Source: Mycolicibacterium smegmatis
Lineage (GTDB): Bacteria; Actinomycetota; Actinomycetes; Mycobacteriales; Mycobacteriaceae
Direction: 5' to 3'
DNA length: 32,000 bases
NCBI RefSeq assembly: GCF_001457595.1
Contig: NZ_LN831039.1
Span: 4,590,001 to 4,622,000, forward strand
The position numbers and the translations under genes are program-made. Shown here in pieces: positions 15,054-24,518 of the stretch (within the stretch, counting starts at the first letter, position 1; the number at the start of each line of letters is the position of its first letter). The notes under the pieces are model-generated. The model was given only the letters and a program-made list of their open reading frames with translations. It had not been told where the DNA came from and searched no databases.

Positions 15054-16730
15054 GTGACTCTGACCACGCCCCACCCCCGCCCCGAGCAATCCGAATCTGC
15101 AGCTCGATCAAGCCTGCTGGCCGGATTCACGCCGTTTCCGGCCGAGCGCGCACAGGCCTACCGGGCAGCCGGGTACTGGCGAGACCAGCTACTGGATTCG
15201 GTGCTGCGGACGGCGGCCCGCACATGGCCGGACCACATCGCGGTGATCGATGCGGACCACCGGCACACGTACGCCGAACTCGACCGCCTCGCCGACCGCG
15301 CCGCGGCAGGTATCGCGGGCCTGGGCATCGGCCCCGGCGACCGTGTGCTGGTCCAGCTGCCCAACACCGCGGAGTTCGCCGTCGCACTGTTCGGCCTGCT
15401 GCGCGCGGGCGCGGTGCCCGTCATGTGCCTGCCCGGGCACCGGCTCGCCGAGCTCACGCATTTCGCCGAGGTCAGCTCGGCGGTGGCGCTCGTCGCGGCC
15501 GACACCGCAGGTGGTTTCGACCACCGCGACCTCGCACGTGAACTCGTGAGGTCCCATCCGAACGTGCGCCACGTCCTCGTCGACGGCGACGCTGCGGAGT
15601 TCCTGTCCTGGGCGGAGGTGACGCGGGCGGCGTCGGGACCCGTCCCCGACATCGCACCAGATCCGGCCACCCCGGCGCTGCTGCTCGTGTCGGGCGGCAC
15701 CACCGGTGCGCCGAAACTCATCCCGCGCACACATCAGGACTACGTCTACAACGCCACGGCCAGTGCCGAGCTGTGCCGGCTGACCGCCGACGACGTCTAC
15801 CTCGTGGCGCTGCCCGCCGCCCACAACTTCCCACTGGCGTGCCCCGGCCTGCTCGGTGCGATGACCGTCGGTGCCACCACGGTGTTCACCACCGACCCGA
15901 GCCCCGAGGCCGCGTTCGCCGCGATCGACGAACACGGCGTCACGGTCACCGCACTGGTGCCTGCGCTGGCCAAGCTGTGGGCGCAGGCGTGTGCGTGGGA
16001 ACCCTTGGCTCCCAAGACGCTGCGCCTGCTCCAGGTGGGCGGGGCCAAGCTGGCTGCGCCGGACGCGGCGCTGGTGCGCGGGGCCCTCACCCCGGGACTG
16101 CAGCAGGTGTTCGGCATGGCCGAGGGCCTGCTGAACTACACCCGCATAGGCGATCCCCCCGAGGTGCTGGAGAACACCCAGGGCCGCCCGTTGTCACCGG
16201 ACGACGAGATCCGCATCGTCGACGAGGTCGGCAACGAGGTGCCGCCAGGCGCCGAGGGGGAACTGCTGGTGCGCGGACCGTACACGCTCAACGGCTATTT
16301 CAACGCCGAGGCCGCCAACGAGCGCTCGTTCAGCCCGGACGGCTTCTACCGCAGCGGCGACCGGGTACGCCGCTTCGCCGACGGCCCGCTCGCCGGGTAT
16401 CTGGAGGTGACCGGCCGGATCAAGGACGTCATCGTGCGCGGCGGCGAGAACGTCTCCGCACTCGATCTCGAAGAGCACCTGCTGACCCACCCGAGCGTGT
16501 GGGCCGCCGCAGCGGTTGCGCTGCCCGACGAGTTCCTCGGCGAGAAGATCTGCGCCGTGGTCGTTTTCAACGGACCCCCGGTCAGCCTGGCCGAGTTGCA
16601 CGCGCATCTGGAGCAGCGCGGCGTCGCTGCCCACAGCAGGCACGACGCGCTGGTCCCGATGCCGAGCCTGCCCACCACGGCCGTCGGCAAGATCGACAAG
16701 AAGGCGATCGTGCGTCAGCTCGGCGGGTAG
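15054..16730 (+). CDS. mbtA: Salicyl-AMP ligase / salicyl-S-ArCP synthetase MbtA
   Basis: In-frame part of track ORF 14694..16730. The aryl-acid adenylating motif is LLLVSGGTTGAPKLIPRTH; further motifs are YRSGD, GRIKDVIVRGGENVS and VGKIDKK. I chose GTG 15054 because a GAGG SD sits about 7 nt upstream. GTG 15021 is possible. The longer ORF would overlap mbtB and the IdeR boxes. Confidence 0.9.
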   Translation: MTLTTPHPRPEQSESAARSSLLAGFTPFPAERAQAYRAAGYWRDQLLDSVLRTAARTWPDHIAVIDADHRHTYAELDRLADRAAAGIAGLGIGPGDRVLVQLPNTAEFAVALFGLLRAGAVPVMCLPGHRLAELTHFAEVSSAVALVAADTAGGFDHRDLARELVRSHPNVRHVLVDGDAAEFLSWAEVTRAASGPVPDIAPDPATPALLLVSGGTTGAPKLIPRTHQDYVYNATASAELCRLTADDVYLVALPAAHNFPLACPGLLGAMTVGATTVFTTDPSPEAAFAAIDEHGVTVTALVPALAKLWAQACAWEPLAPKTLRLLQVGGAKLAAPDAALVRGALTPGLQQVFGMAEGLLNYTRIGDPPEVLENTQGRPLSPDDEIRIVDEVGNEVPPGAEGELLVRGPYTLNGYFNAEAANERSFSPDGFYRSGDRVRRFADGPLAGYLEVTGRIKDVIVRGGENVSALDLEEHLLTHPSVWAAAAVALPDEFLGEKICAVVVFNGPPVSLAELHAHLEQRGVAAHSRHDALVPMPSLPTTAVGKIDKKAIVRQLGG

Positions 16731-16737
16731 GTCCGCC

Positions 16738-17337
16738 TCAGCGCCGGCCGAGTTCGATCAGCTCTTCGACCAGGTCGCGCGCGGCGGTGATCGGTTTGGT
16801 GGAGCGTTCCAGTTTCGACCCGAGAAGCGCGCCGTCATAGAGCAACTGGATGCGCCGGGCCAACGCGACCGGAGATCCGACCCCTGCCTGCTTCAGCAGG
16901 CCGGCCAACGTGGATCGCAGCCACGCGCGGTGCGCCCGGACCGGTTCGAGCTCGACGCCGGGGTATTCGGTGGCGGCGTTGGCGTACAGGCAGCCTCGAA
17001 AATCGCGCCGGGCCGCATTCCGCGACGCGAGGTCGAAAAAGGTCAGGACACGCTGCACCGGATCCTCCACCCCGGCGACCGTTTGCTCCCAGCGGTTGCG
17101 ATCAGCGTGATCCAAATTGGCGAGATAGGCGATCACCAACGCGTCTTTCGAGCCGTATGTGCTGTAGAGGGAGGCCTTGGCAACCCCCGCCTCGCGCAGG
17201 ATCAGGTCGATGCCGACGGCGCGAATGCCCTGGCCGGCGAACAGTTCGGAGGCTGTGTTGAGCAGGCGTTGTGCCGGCGGCAGGGAAACAGCCTGGTGCG
17301 CAGACTTTGGGGCAATGGCGGGCCGGGTCGTGCTCAT
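16738..17337 (-). CDS. TetR-family transcriptional regulator
   Basis: Track ORF 16738..17364 begins at a TTG; I prefer ATG 17337 (MSTTRPAIAPK...). The N-terminal HTH is LLNTASELFAGQGIRAVGIDLILREAGVAKASLYSTYGSKDALV. The gene is divergent from the DUF4242 operon. Confidence 0.85.
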   Translation of the reverse strand: MSTTRPAIAPKSAHQAVSLPPAQRLLNTASELFAGQGIRAVGIDLILREAGVAKASLYSTYGSKDALVIAYLANLDHADRNRWEQTVAGVEDPVQRVLTFFDLASRNAARRDFRGCLYANAATEYPGVELEPVRAHRAWLRSTLAGLLKQAGVGSPVALARRIQLLYDGALLGSKLERSTKPITAARDLVEELIELGRR

Positions 17338-17363
17338 GGCGACAGGGTAACCCGAAAACGGCA

Positions 17364-17385
17364 ATAGACAGCCCTGTCTGTCTAT
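17364..17385. promoter_or_regulatory. Nested palindrome, candidate TetR operator
   Basis: In ATAGACAGCCCTGTCTGTCTAT, the outer repeat is ATAGACAG/CTGTCTAT (8 bp, 6-nt spacer). The inner perfect palindrome is AGACAG-CC-CTGTCT. It lies in the 92-bp divergent intergenic region. Confidence 0.45.
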
Positions 17386-17429
17386 GCCACCGTGATGTCG
17401 TACCGCTCCTGCGACGCCGAGGAAGTCAC

Positions 17430-17960
17430 GTGACTCTTCATCTCTACGAAATCACCCCCGAAGCCACCGACACGGCCGCGGTGGGCCAGCTGATCAAACG
17501 GGCCGATGCCGAAATCGCCGGTCACGGTGGCGAACTGATCGAGTCAGAGGTCACCGCCCAGGGCCGTCGGGTCTTCGTGATCGCCGAGTTCGCTGCCGAG
17601 GCGGCCACTTTGGACACCGCCGGACTGGGCGCTGCCGCCGTCGACGGCCCACACCGGGTACGACTCGTCGGAGCAGACCTGGCGGAGCTCAAAGCCGCCC
17701 GCCCGCAGGCCGGTTATCTGGTCGAGTGGGATCTGCCTGCAGATCTGGACATGGAGTCCTACCTGGCCCGCAAGAAGGCCAACTCCCCCAAGTACGCGGA
17801 TGTGCCCGAAGTGCGGTTCCTGCGCACCTATGTCCGTGAAGACATGGACAAGTGCCTGTGTCTGTACGACGCGCCGGACGAGGCCGCGGTGCGACGCGCG
17901 CGCGATGCGGTGAGCGCGCCCATCGACCGCCTGCACGGATTGGACGGGCAACTTCCATGA
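17430..17960 (+). CDS. Tandem DUF4242-like protein (SCO4226-like small alpha/beta fold), 176 aa
   Basis: In-frame part of track ORF 17271..17960. GTG 17430 is preceded by a GAGGAAG SD. The C-terminal half, YLVEWDLP...VRFLRTYVREDMDKCLCLYDAPDEAAVRRARDAVSAPIDRL, fits the DUF4242 pattern as I remember it. The N-terminal half repeats the pattern more weakly. Confidence 0.6.
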   Translation: MTLHLYEITPEATDTAAVGQLIKRADAEIAGHGGELIESEVTAQGRRVFVIAEFAAEAATLDTAGLGAAAVDGPHRVRLVGADLAELKAARPQAGYLVEWDLPADLDMESYLARKKANSPKYADVPEVRFLRTYVREDMDKCLCLYDAPDEAAVRRARDAVSAPIDRLHGLDGQLP

Positions 17961-18979
17961 CCGCCATGCTCGCGGACTCGGCCCTCGACCGGGTTGCGCG
18001 CACCGTGGCGGCGCGTGCCGCCGAACTCGACGAGCAGCGCACCGATGTCCGCACCGACCTGGCCGAACTCGGGCGGGAAGGACTGCTCGACCTCGACCTG
18101 CCCGGCATGGTGCGCGTCATCGACGAGGTGTCCGCCCACAGCTTGGCTGTCGGCTTCTCCACCTGGGCTCACCACATGAGCCTGCGATATCTGAACGCCT
18201 CGTCCACCGGTGGGTTCGACGAGCAGATCAGCGCCCTGGCCGCGGCACGCAAGATCGGTGTCACCGCGATGGCCGCCGGGCTCAAGCAGATCGCCGGTCT
18301 CGGCCAGGTGCCGGTCACCGGCGACAACGACGGCTCGGATCTGATCGTCAGCGGGCCGATCCGGTGGGCCACCAACGTGTTTCCCGACGCTTTGATGGTG
18401 CTGCCGGTGCGCGTCGGTGAGCACACCGTCGTCGTCGCGGTGGGCACCGGCGACGATGGTGTCACCGTCGACCCGGCCCCACCGCTCACCGCGCTCGGGG
18501 CCACCGCTTCGACGTCATTGCACCTGAACGAGGTTCGCGTTGCGGCAGATCAGGTTCTCGCCACCGACCTGGCTGCGTTCGTCGCCAGAATCCGGCCCGC
18601 GTTCCTGTTGTTACAGACGGCTTTCTGTGTCGGCATCACACGCGCGGCTCTGACCGCGGCCACGGAGGCGCACACCGGCCCGCTGGCACGGTTCGGCGCG
18701 GAACTCGACGACGCGGCCACCCGCGCCGCCGACATCCGAGCACGGCTGTACGGGTGGGCCTCGGACCCCGGCACGGCGACGGTGCCCGACCTGATCCGGC
18801 TGCGATTGGATGCCGCACATGCAGCGGTGGACGTCACCCGGCTGGAGCTGTCGCTGACCGGTGGTGTCGGCTACACCCTGGGAAGCGCCGCCAACAGGCG
18901 TTTCCGGGAGGCCGCGTTCCTGCCCGTGCAATCACCGTCGGAAGGACAACTGCGGTGGGAACTCACGCGCTACGAATAG
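17957..18979 (+). CDS. Acyl-CoA dehydrogenase-fold flavoprotein (ACAD / SfnB-DszC-like family), 340 aa
   Basis: In-frame part of track ORF 17852..18979. ATG 17957 overlaps the upstream stop (ATGA). The ACAD-like layout includes middle-domain GPIRWATN and C-terminal helices ending RRFREAAFLPVQSPSEGQLRWEL. Substrate is unknown. Confidence 0.6.
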   Translation: MTAMLADSALDRVARTVAARAAELDEQRTDVRTDLAELGREGLLDLDLPGMVRVIDEVSAHSLAVGFSTWAHHMSLRYLNASSTGGFDEQISALAAARKIGVTAMAAGLKQIAGLGQVPVTGDNDGSDLIVSGPIRWATNVFPDALMVLPVRVGEHTVVVAVGTGDDGVTVDPAPPLTALGATASTSLHLNEVRVAADQVLATDLAAFVARIRPAFLLLQTAFCVGITRAALTAATEAHTGPLARFGAELDDAATRAADIRARLYGWASDPGTATVPDLIRLRLDAAHAAVDVTRLELSLTGGVGYTLGSAANRRFREAAFLPVQSPSEGQLRWELTRYE

Positions 18980-19671
18980 CGCACGGCACCAGACGGTTCG
19001 GCGGGACGCCTGCGCTGGCCGACATCGACCTGCAGATCCACACAGGAGAGTTTCTCGCGGTGCTCGGCCCCAGCGGCAGCGGCAAGTCGACGCTGCTGCG
19101 GATCTGCGCCGGCCTGGATGCCCTGACCTCCGGCACCTTGACCTGGTCGGGTGACGGCAGCCGGCCGCGTACGGGCGTGGTCTTCCAACAGCCCCTGCTC
19201 ATGCCGTGGCTGACCGTCGCGGACAACGTGGCTTTCGCGCGCCGGTTCACGGCACAGCGCAAGGGGTTCGATCCCGGGTACGCCGCCAGGCTCATCACCA
19301 GATTCGGCCTCGACGACCTCGCCGACCGCTACCCCGACGAGTTGTCGGGCGGTCAGGCCCAGCGGGTCGCCATCCTGCGCGCCGTCGCCACCCGTCCTCA
19401 GCTGCTACTTCTCGACGAACCCTTCAGCGCGCTGGACCCGGCCACTCGCGGCGATCTGGCCGGGTGGCTGAGGGACCTGGCACGAGAACTCGACGTCACG
19501 GTCGTACTCGTCACCCACGACGTCGACGAAGCGCTCGCTTTGGCGCAGCGCATCGTGCTGCTCGACGCAGGCAGTATCCGCGCGGAGTGGACAGTGCGCG
19601 GCGACGGACTCCCCACGCGGAGCGAAATTCTCGCCCACTACCGCGCCGACCCCGCGGTGGAGGTGTCGTGA
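18955..19671 (+). CDS. ABC transporter ATP-binding protein, NitT/TauT (SsuB/TauB-like) family
   Basis: In-frame part of track ORF 18754..19671. Motifs: Walker [10 protein letters not shown], signature LSGGQAQR, Walker B LLLLDEPF and an H-loop VTHD. GTG 18955 is the only in-frame start close to the conserved N-terminus; a GGAAGGA SD sits about 8 nt upstream. Confidence 0.85.
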   Translation: MGTHALRIAHGTRRFGGTPALADIDLQIHTGEFLAVLGPSGSGKSTLLRICAGLDALTSGTLTWSGDGSRPRTGVVFQQPLLMPWLTVADNVAFARRFTAQRKGFDPGYAARLITRFGLDDLADRYPDELSGGQAQRVAILRAVATRPQLLLLDEPFSALDPATRGDLAGWLRDLARELDVTVVLVTHDVDEALALAQRIVLLDAGSIRAEWTVRGDGLPTRSEILAHYRADPAVEVS

Positions 19672-20830
19672 CGGCCCTGACCCGACGCGCGCTGCTGGCC
19701 GGGGCGGGCGGATTGACCGCTGCCGGTGGGCTCTTCGGCCTCGGCGGGCTCGCACACAGCGCACTCTTCAGCGCACCGGATGCCGGCGGTGCGCTCCGGG
19801 TGGGCTACCTGCCCATCACCGACGCCGCACCGCTGTTGATCGCCCACAGCGCCGGGCTGTATCCCGCCTGGGCGGTGAGCACGTCACGTCCGGTGCTCTT
19901 CAGGAGTTGGGCCGCCCTGGCGGAGGCCTTCATCTCGCGCCAGATCGATATTGCCCACCTGCTGATGCCGATGGCCGTCCAGTTGCGCTACACCCTGGGT
20001 GCCGGGGTACGGGTGCTGGGCTGGAACCACACCAACGGATCGGCGCTCACGGTCGCGCCGCGCGTCCAGGAACTGGGCGATCTCGCAGGCAGCCAGGTGG
20101 CCATCCCGTTCTGGTGGTCGATACACAACGTCGTGCTGCAACAGCTGCTGCGGGCGCATGGCCTGCGACCGGTGGTGCGGCGCGGCGCTTCTCGCTCCGA
20201 ACGGACCGTGGAACTCGTCGTGATGAGCCCCTCGGACATGGTGCCCGCTCTGGCCAACGGCACGCTCGGCGGTTACGTGGTGGCAGATCCGTTCAACGCC
20301 GCCGCGCAGATCAAGAAGATCGGCCGTATCCACACGTTCCTCGGCGATGTCTGGCGTGATCACGCCTGCTGCGCGCTGGTCACGCGGGACGATGTCATCG
20401 CCGGTCGCCCACAGGCGGTACAGGCCGTCGCCCATGCGGTGGTGGGGGCGCAGCTCCGCATCGACGCCGACCGCGCGGCCGCCGCGGCGGCCTTGACCGA
20501 GGGCCGATACCTCCCGCAACCCACACCAGCTGTGACTCTCGCGCTGACCTACCCGAATCCGCCCTACCCGCTTGCGCATCCGGATTGGCTGCCCCAGCGC
20601 CTGGGTTTCCGGCCCTTCCCGTATCCGAGCTTCACGCGCCGCCTCGTCGAGGCCATGTGTGACACCGTCGTCGACGGCGACCGCAAATTCCTCGACCGGC
20701 TCGACCCCGCTGCGGTTCACGACGATCTCGTCGAGGACCGATTCGTCCGCAGATCCATGAGCGCTCACGGCGGACCTGACGCCTTCGGACCGACCGCCGA
20801 TCTCACCAGAACCGAACAGGTGCAATTCTC

Positions 20831-20834
<4 letters not shown>
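19668..20834 (+). CDS. ABC transporter substrate-binding protein (NMT1/SsuA/TauA-like) with a twin-arginine signal
   Basis: In-frame part of track ORF 19206..20834. GTG 19668 overlaps the ATPase stop (GTGA). The N-terminus VTALTRRALLAGAGGLTAAGGLFGLGG is Tat-like, and LRVGYLPITDAAPLLIA is typical of the family. The upstream 154 codons of the ORF are Arg/Pro-rich junk overlapping the ATPase gene. Confidence 0.8.
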
Positions 20835-23002
<2,168 letters not shown>

Positions 23003-23024
23003 CTACGAAAGGTGCACCACGCCG

Positions 23025-24197
23025 TCAGGCCAGCAGTGCGCGCACCACACCGTCGGCCAGTAACCTCCCACGGTCGGTCAGCACCACGCGCTCACCCGCG
23101 GTGTCGAGCAGGCCCTCCGCGACGATCTCGGGCACCCGCGCGCGCTCGTCGGCCGCGAGGTCGTCCAACGCCAGACCGCGCCGCAACCGCAACCGCAACA
23201 TCACGTCCTCGGTGTGCCGGTCGGCCGCGTCGAGCACCTCGAAATCGGCGATGGGCAGCGCGCCTTCGGCAAGGGTCTGTGCATATGCGTTGGGGTGCTT
23301 GGCGTTCCACCACCGTGTCGCGTTGAGGAAGCCATGCGCACCGGGACCTGCGCCCCACCATTCTCCGCCGTCCCAGTAGCCGAGGTTGTGCAGGCACTCA
23401 CCGCCGGGTCTGCTCCAGTTCGACACCTCGTACCACGCGAAACCAGCGGCCGACAGCTGCGCGTCGAGCAGTTCGTAGCGGTGCGCGAGCACGTCGTCGT
23501 CGGGTGCGGCGATCTCGCCCCGGCGAACACGCCGCGCCAGCGCGGTCCCGTCCTCGACCACCAGCGCGTAGCCGGACACGTGGTCCACGCCCGCGTGCAC
23601 GGCCGCATCGACCGAGCGAAGCAGATCGTCGTCGGACTCCCCCGGCGTGCCGTAGATGAGGTCGAGGTTGACGTGCTCGAAGCCCGCGGCCTTGGCCTCG
23701 GCCACCGCGGCCGGCGCGCGCCCCGGCGAGTGCGTGCGGTTGAGCACCGCCAGCACATGCGGCGCCACCGACTGCATGCCGAGCGAGATGCGGGTGTAGC
23801 CCGCGTTGCGCAGCGCCGCGAACAGCTCGGGTGACGTCGACTCGGGGTTCGCTTCTGTGGTGACCTCGGCGCCGGTGGCCAGCACGAAGTTGTCGCGCAC
23901 CGCGTCGAGCACCGCGCTCAGGCCGTCCCCGCCCAACAACGAGGGCGTACCGCCGCCGACGAACACCGTCTGCACCGCCAGCGCACCCACCCGCTCAGCG
24001 GCCAGGCGCAGTTCGACGCGCAACGCCTCCAGCCAGCCCTCGGGGTTGGCGCCGCCGAGCTCGGACGGTGTGTAGGTGTTGAAGTCGCAGTACCCGCAGC
24101 GTGTCGCGCAGAACGGGACATGGATGTAGATGCCGAAGGGCCGGCCCGGTGTGGGGGCCAGATCGGGCTGGCCGAGGGGCGCGGTCCGGGTGGTCAT
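23025..24197 (-). CDS. hemW: Radical SAM heme chaperone HemW (HemN-like, oxygen-independent coproporphyrinogen oxidase family)
   Basis: Track ORF 23025..24239. The radical SAM motif is HVPFCATRCGYCDFNTY (CxxxCxxC), and the HemN C-terminal domain is present. ATG 24197 (MTTRTAPLG...) is preferred; GTG 24239 is possible. Confidence 0.88.
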   Translation of the reverse strand: MTTRTAPLGQPDLAPTPGRPFGIYIHVPFCATRCGYCDFNTYTPSELGGANPEGWLEALRVELRLAAERVGALAVQTVFVGGGTPSLLGGDGLSAVLDAVRDNFVLATGAEVTTEANPESTSPELFAALRNAGYTRISLGMQSVAPHVLAVLNRTHSPGRAPAAVAEAKAAGFEHVNLDLIYGTPGESDDDLLRSVDAAVHAGVDHVSGYALVVEDGTALARRVRRGEIAAPDDDVLAHRYELLDAQLSAAGFAWYEVSNWSRPGGECLHNLGYWDGGEWWGAGPGAHGFLNATRWWNAKHPNAYAQTLAEGALPIADFEVLDAADRHTEDVMLRLRLRRGLALDDLAADERARVPEIVAEGLLDTAGERVVLTDRGRLLADGVVRALLA

Positions 24198-24283
24198 CTC
24201 TTGATTTTCCCAGACTGTCCAGCGGAGACTTTTGCTCACCCTGAGCGCAAATCTGGGCCGGTTAGGGCCGGTGGGCGCATACG

Positions 24284-24292
24284 TGGCAGAAT
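24284..24292 (+). promoter_or_regulatory. Candidate extended -10 (TGgCAGAAT) for a leaderless transcript starting at about 24299
   Basis: The hexamer CAGAAT is preceded by TGn and ends 6 nt before GTG 24299. That spacing is expected if the start codon is the transcription start. Confidence 0.35.
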
Positions 24293-24298
24293 GGGCGC

Positions 24299-24394
24299 GT
24301 GACTTCCGCCCGCAACAGCATCACCGGCGTATCGCTGGTGGCCCGGCGGCATGTCGACTTCAAGCGTGTTTGTAGCTGTTGCTGTCTGCCTTGA
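24299..24394 (+). CDS. Polycysteine leader peptide (31 aa) upstream of sirA-cysH-che1; candidate cysteine-responsive attenuator uORF
   Basis: Below the track size cut-off; hand translation gives GTG..TGA = VTSARNSITGVSLVARRHVDFKRVCSCCCLP. Codons 25-29 are TGT AGC TGT TGC TGT. The stop lies 124 nt upstream of the sirA start. Confidence 0.6.
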   Translation: MTSARNSITGVSLVARRHVDFKRVCSCCCLP

Positions 24395-24493
24395 TCCTGC
24401 GTTGATTTCGGAACCTAGCCCACCCAGAATTTTCAGCTGGCCCGGATCTGCGCCGCCGGACAGCCACCGGTGATCAGCGCGATCCGTACGCCG

Positions 24494-24511
24494 GCTCCTT
24501 CACGAAGGAGC
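24494..24511 (+). promoter_or_regulatory. Hairpin sequestering the sirA Shine-Dalgarno
   Basis: GCTCCTT-CACG-AAGGAGC forms a perfect 7-bp stem with a tetraloop. The 3' arm is the AAGGAG SD, 8 nt upstream of GTG 24519. Confidence 0.5.
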
Positions 24512-24518
24512 ATCCACA

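Noticed and set aside
16722-16737. GC hairpin GGCGGG-TAGG-TCCGCC between the convergent mbtA and TetR stops, considered as a bidirectional terminator
   Set aside because: The stem is only 5-6 bp, there is no U-tract on either strand, and the stop codon sits in the loop. That is too weak to call a terminator without 3'-end data.
19206-19667. 154-codon upstream extension of the binding-protein ORF
   Set aside because: It is Arg/Pro-rich and overlaps the ABC ATPase gene out of frame. The Tat signal begins at GTG 19668.
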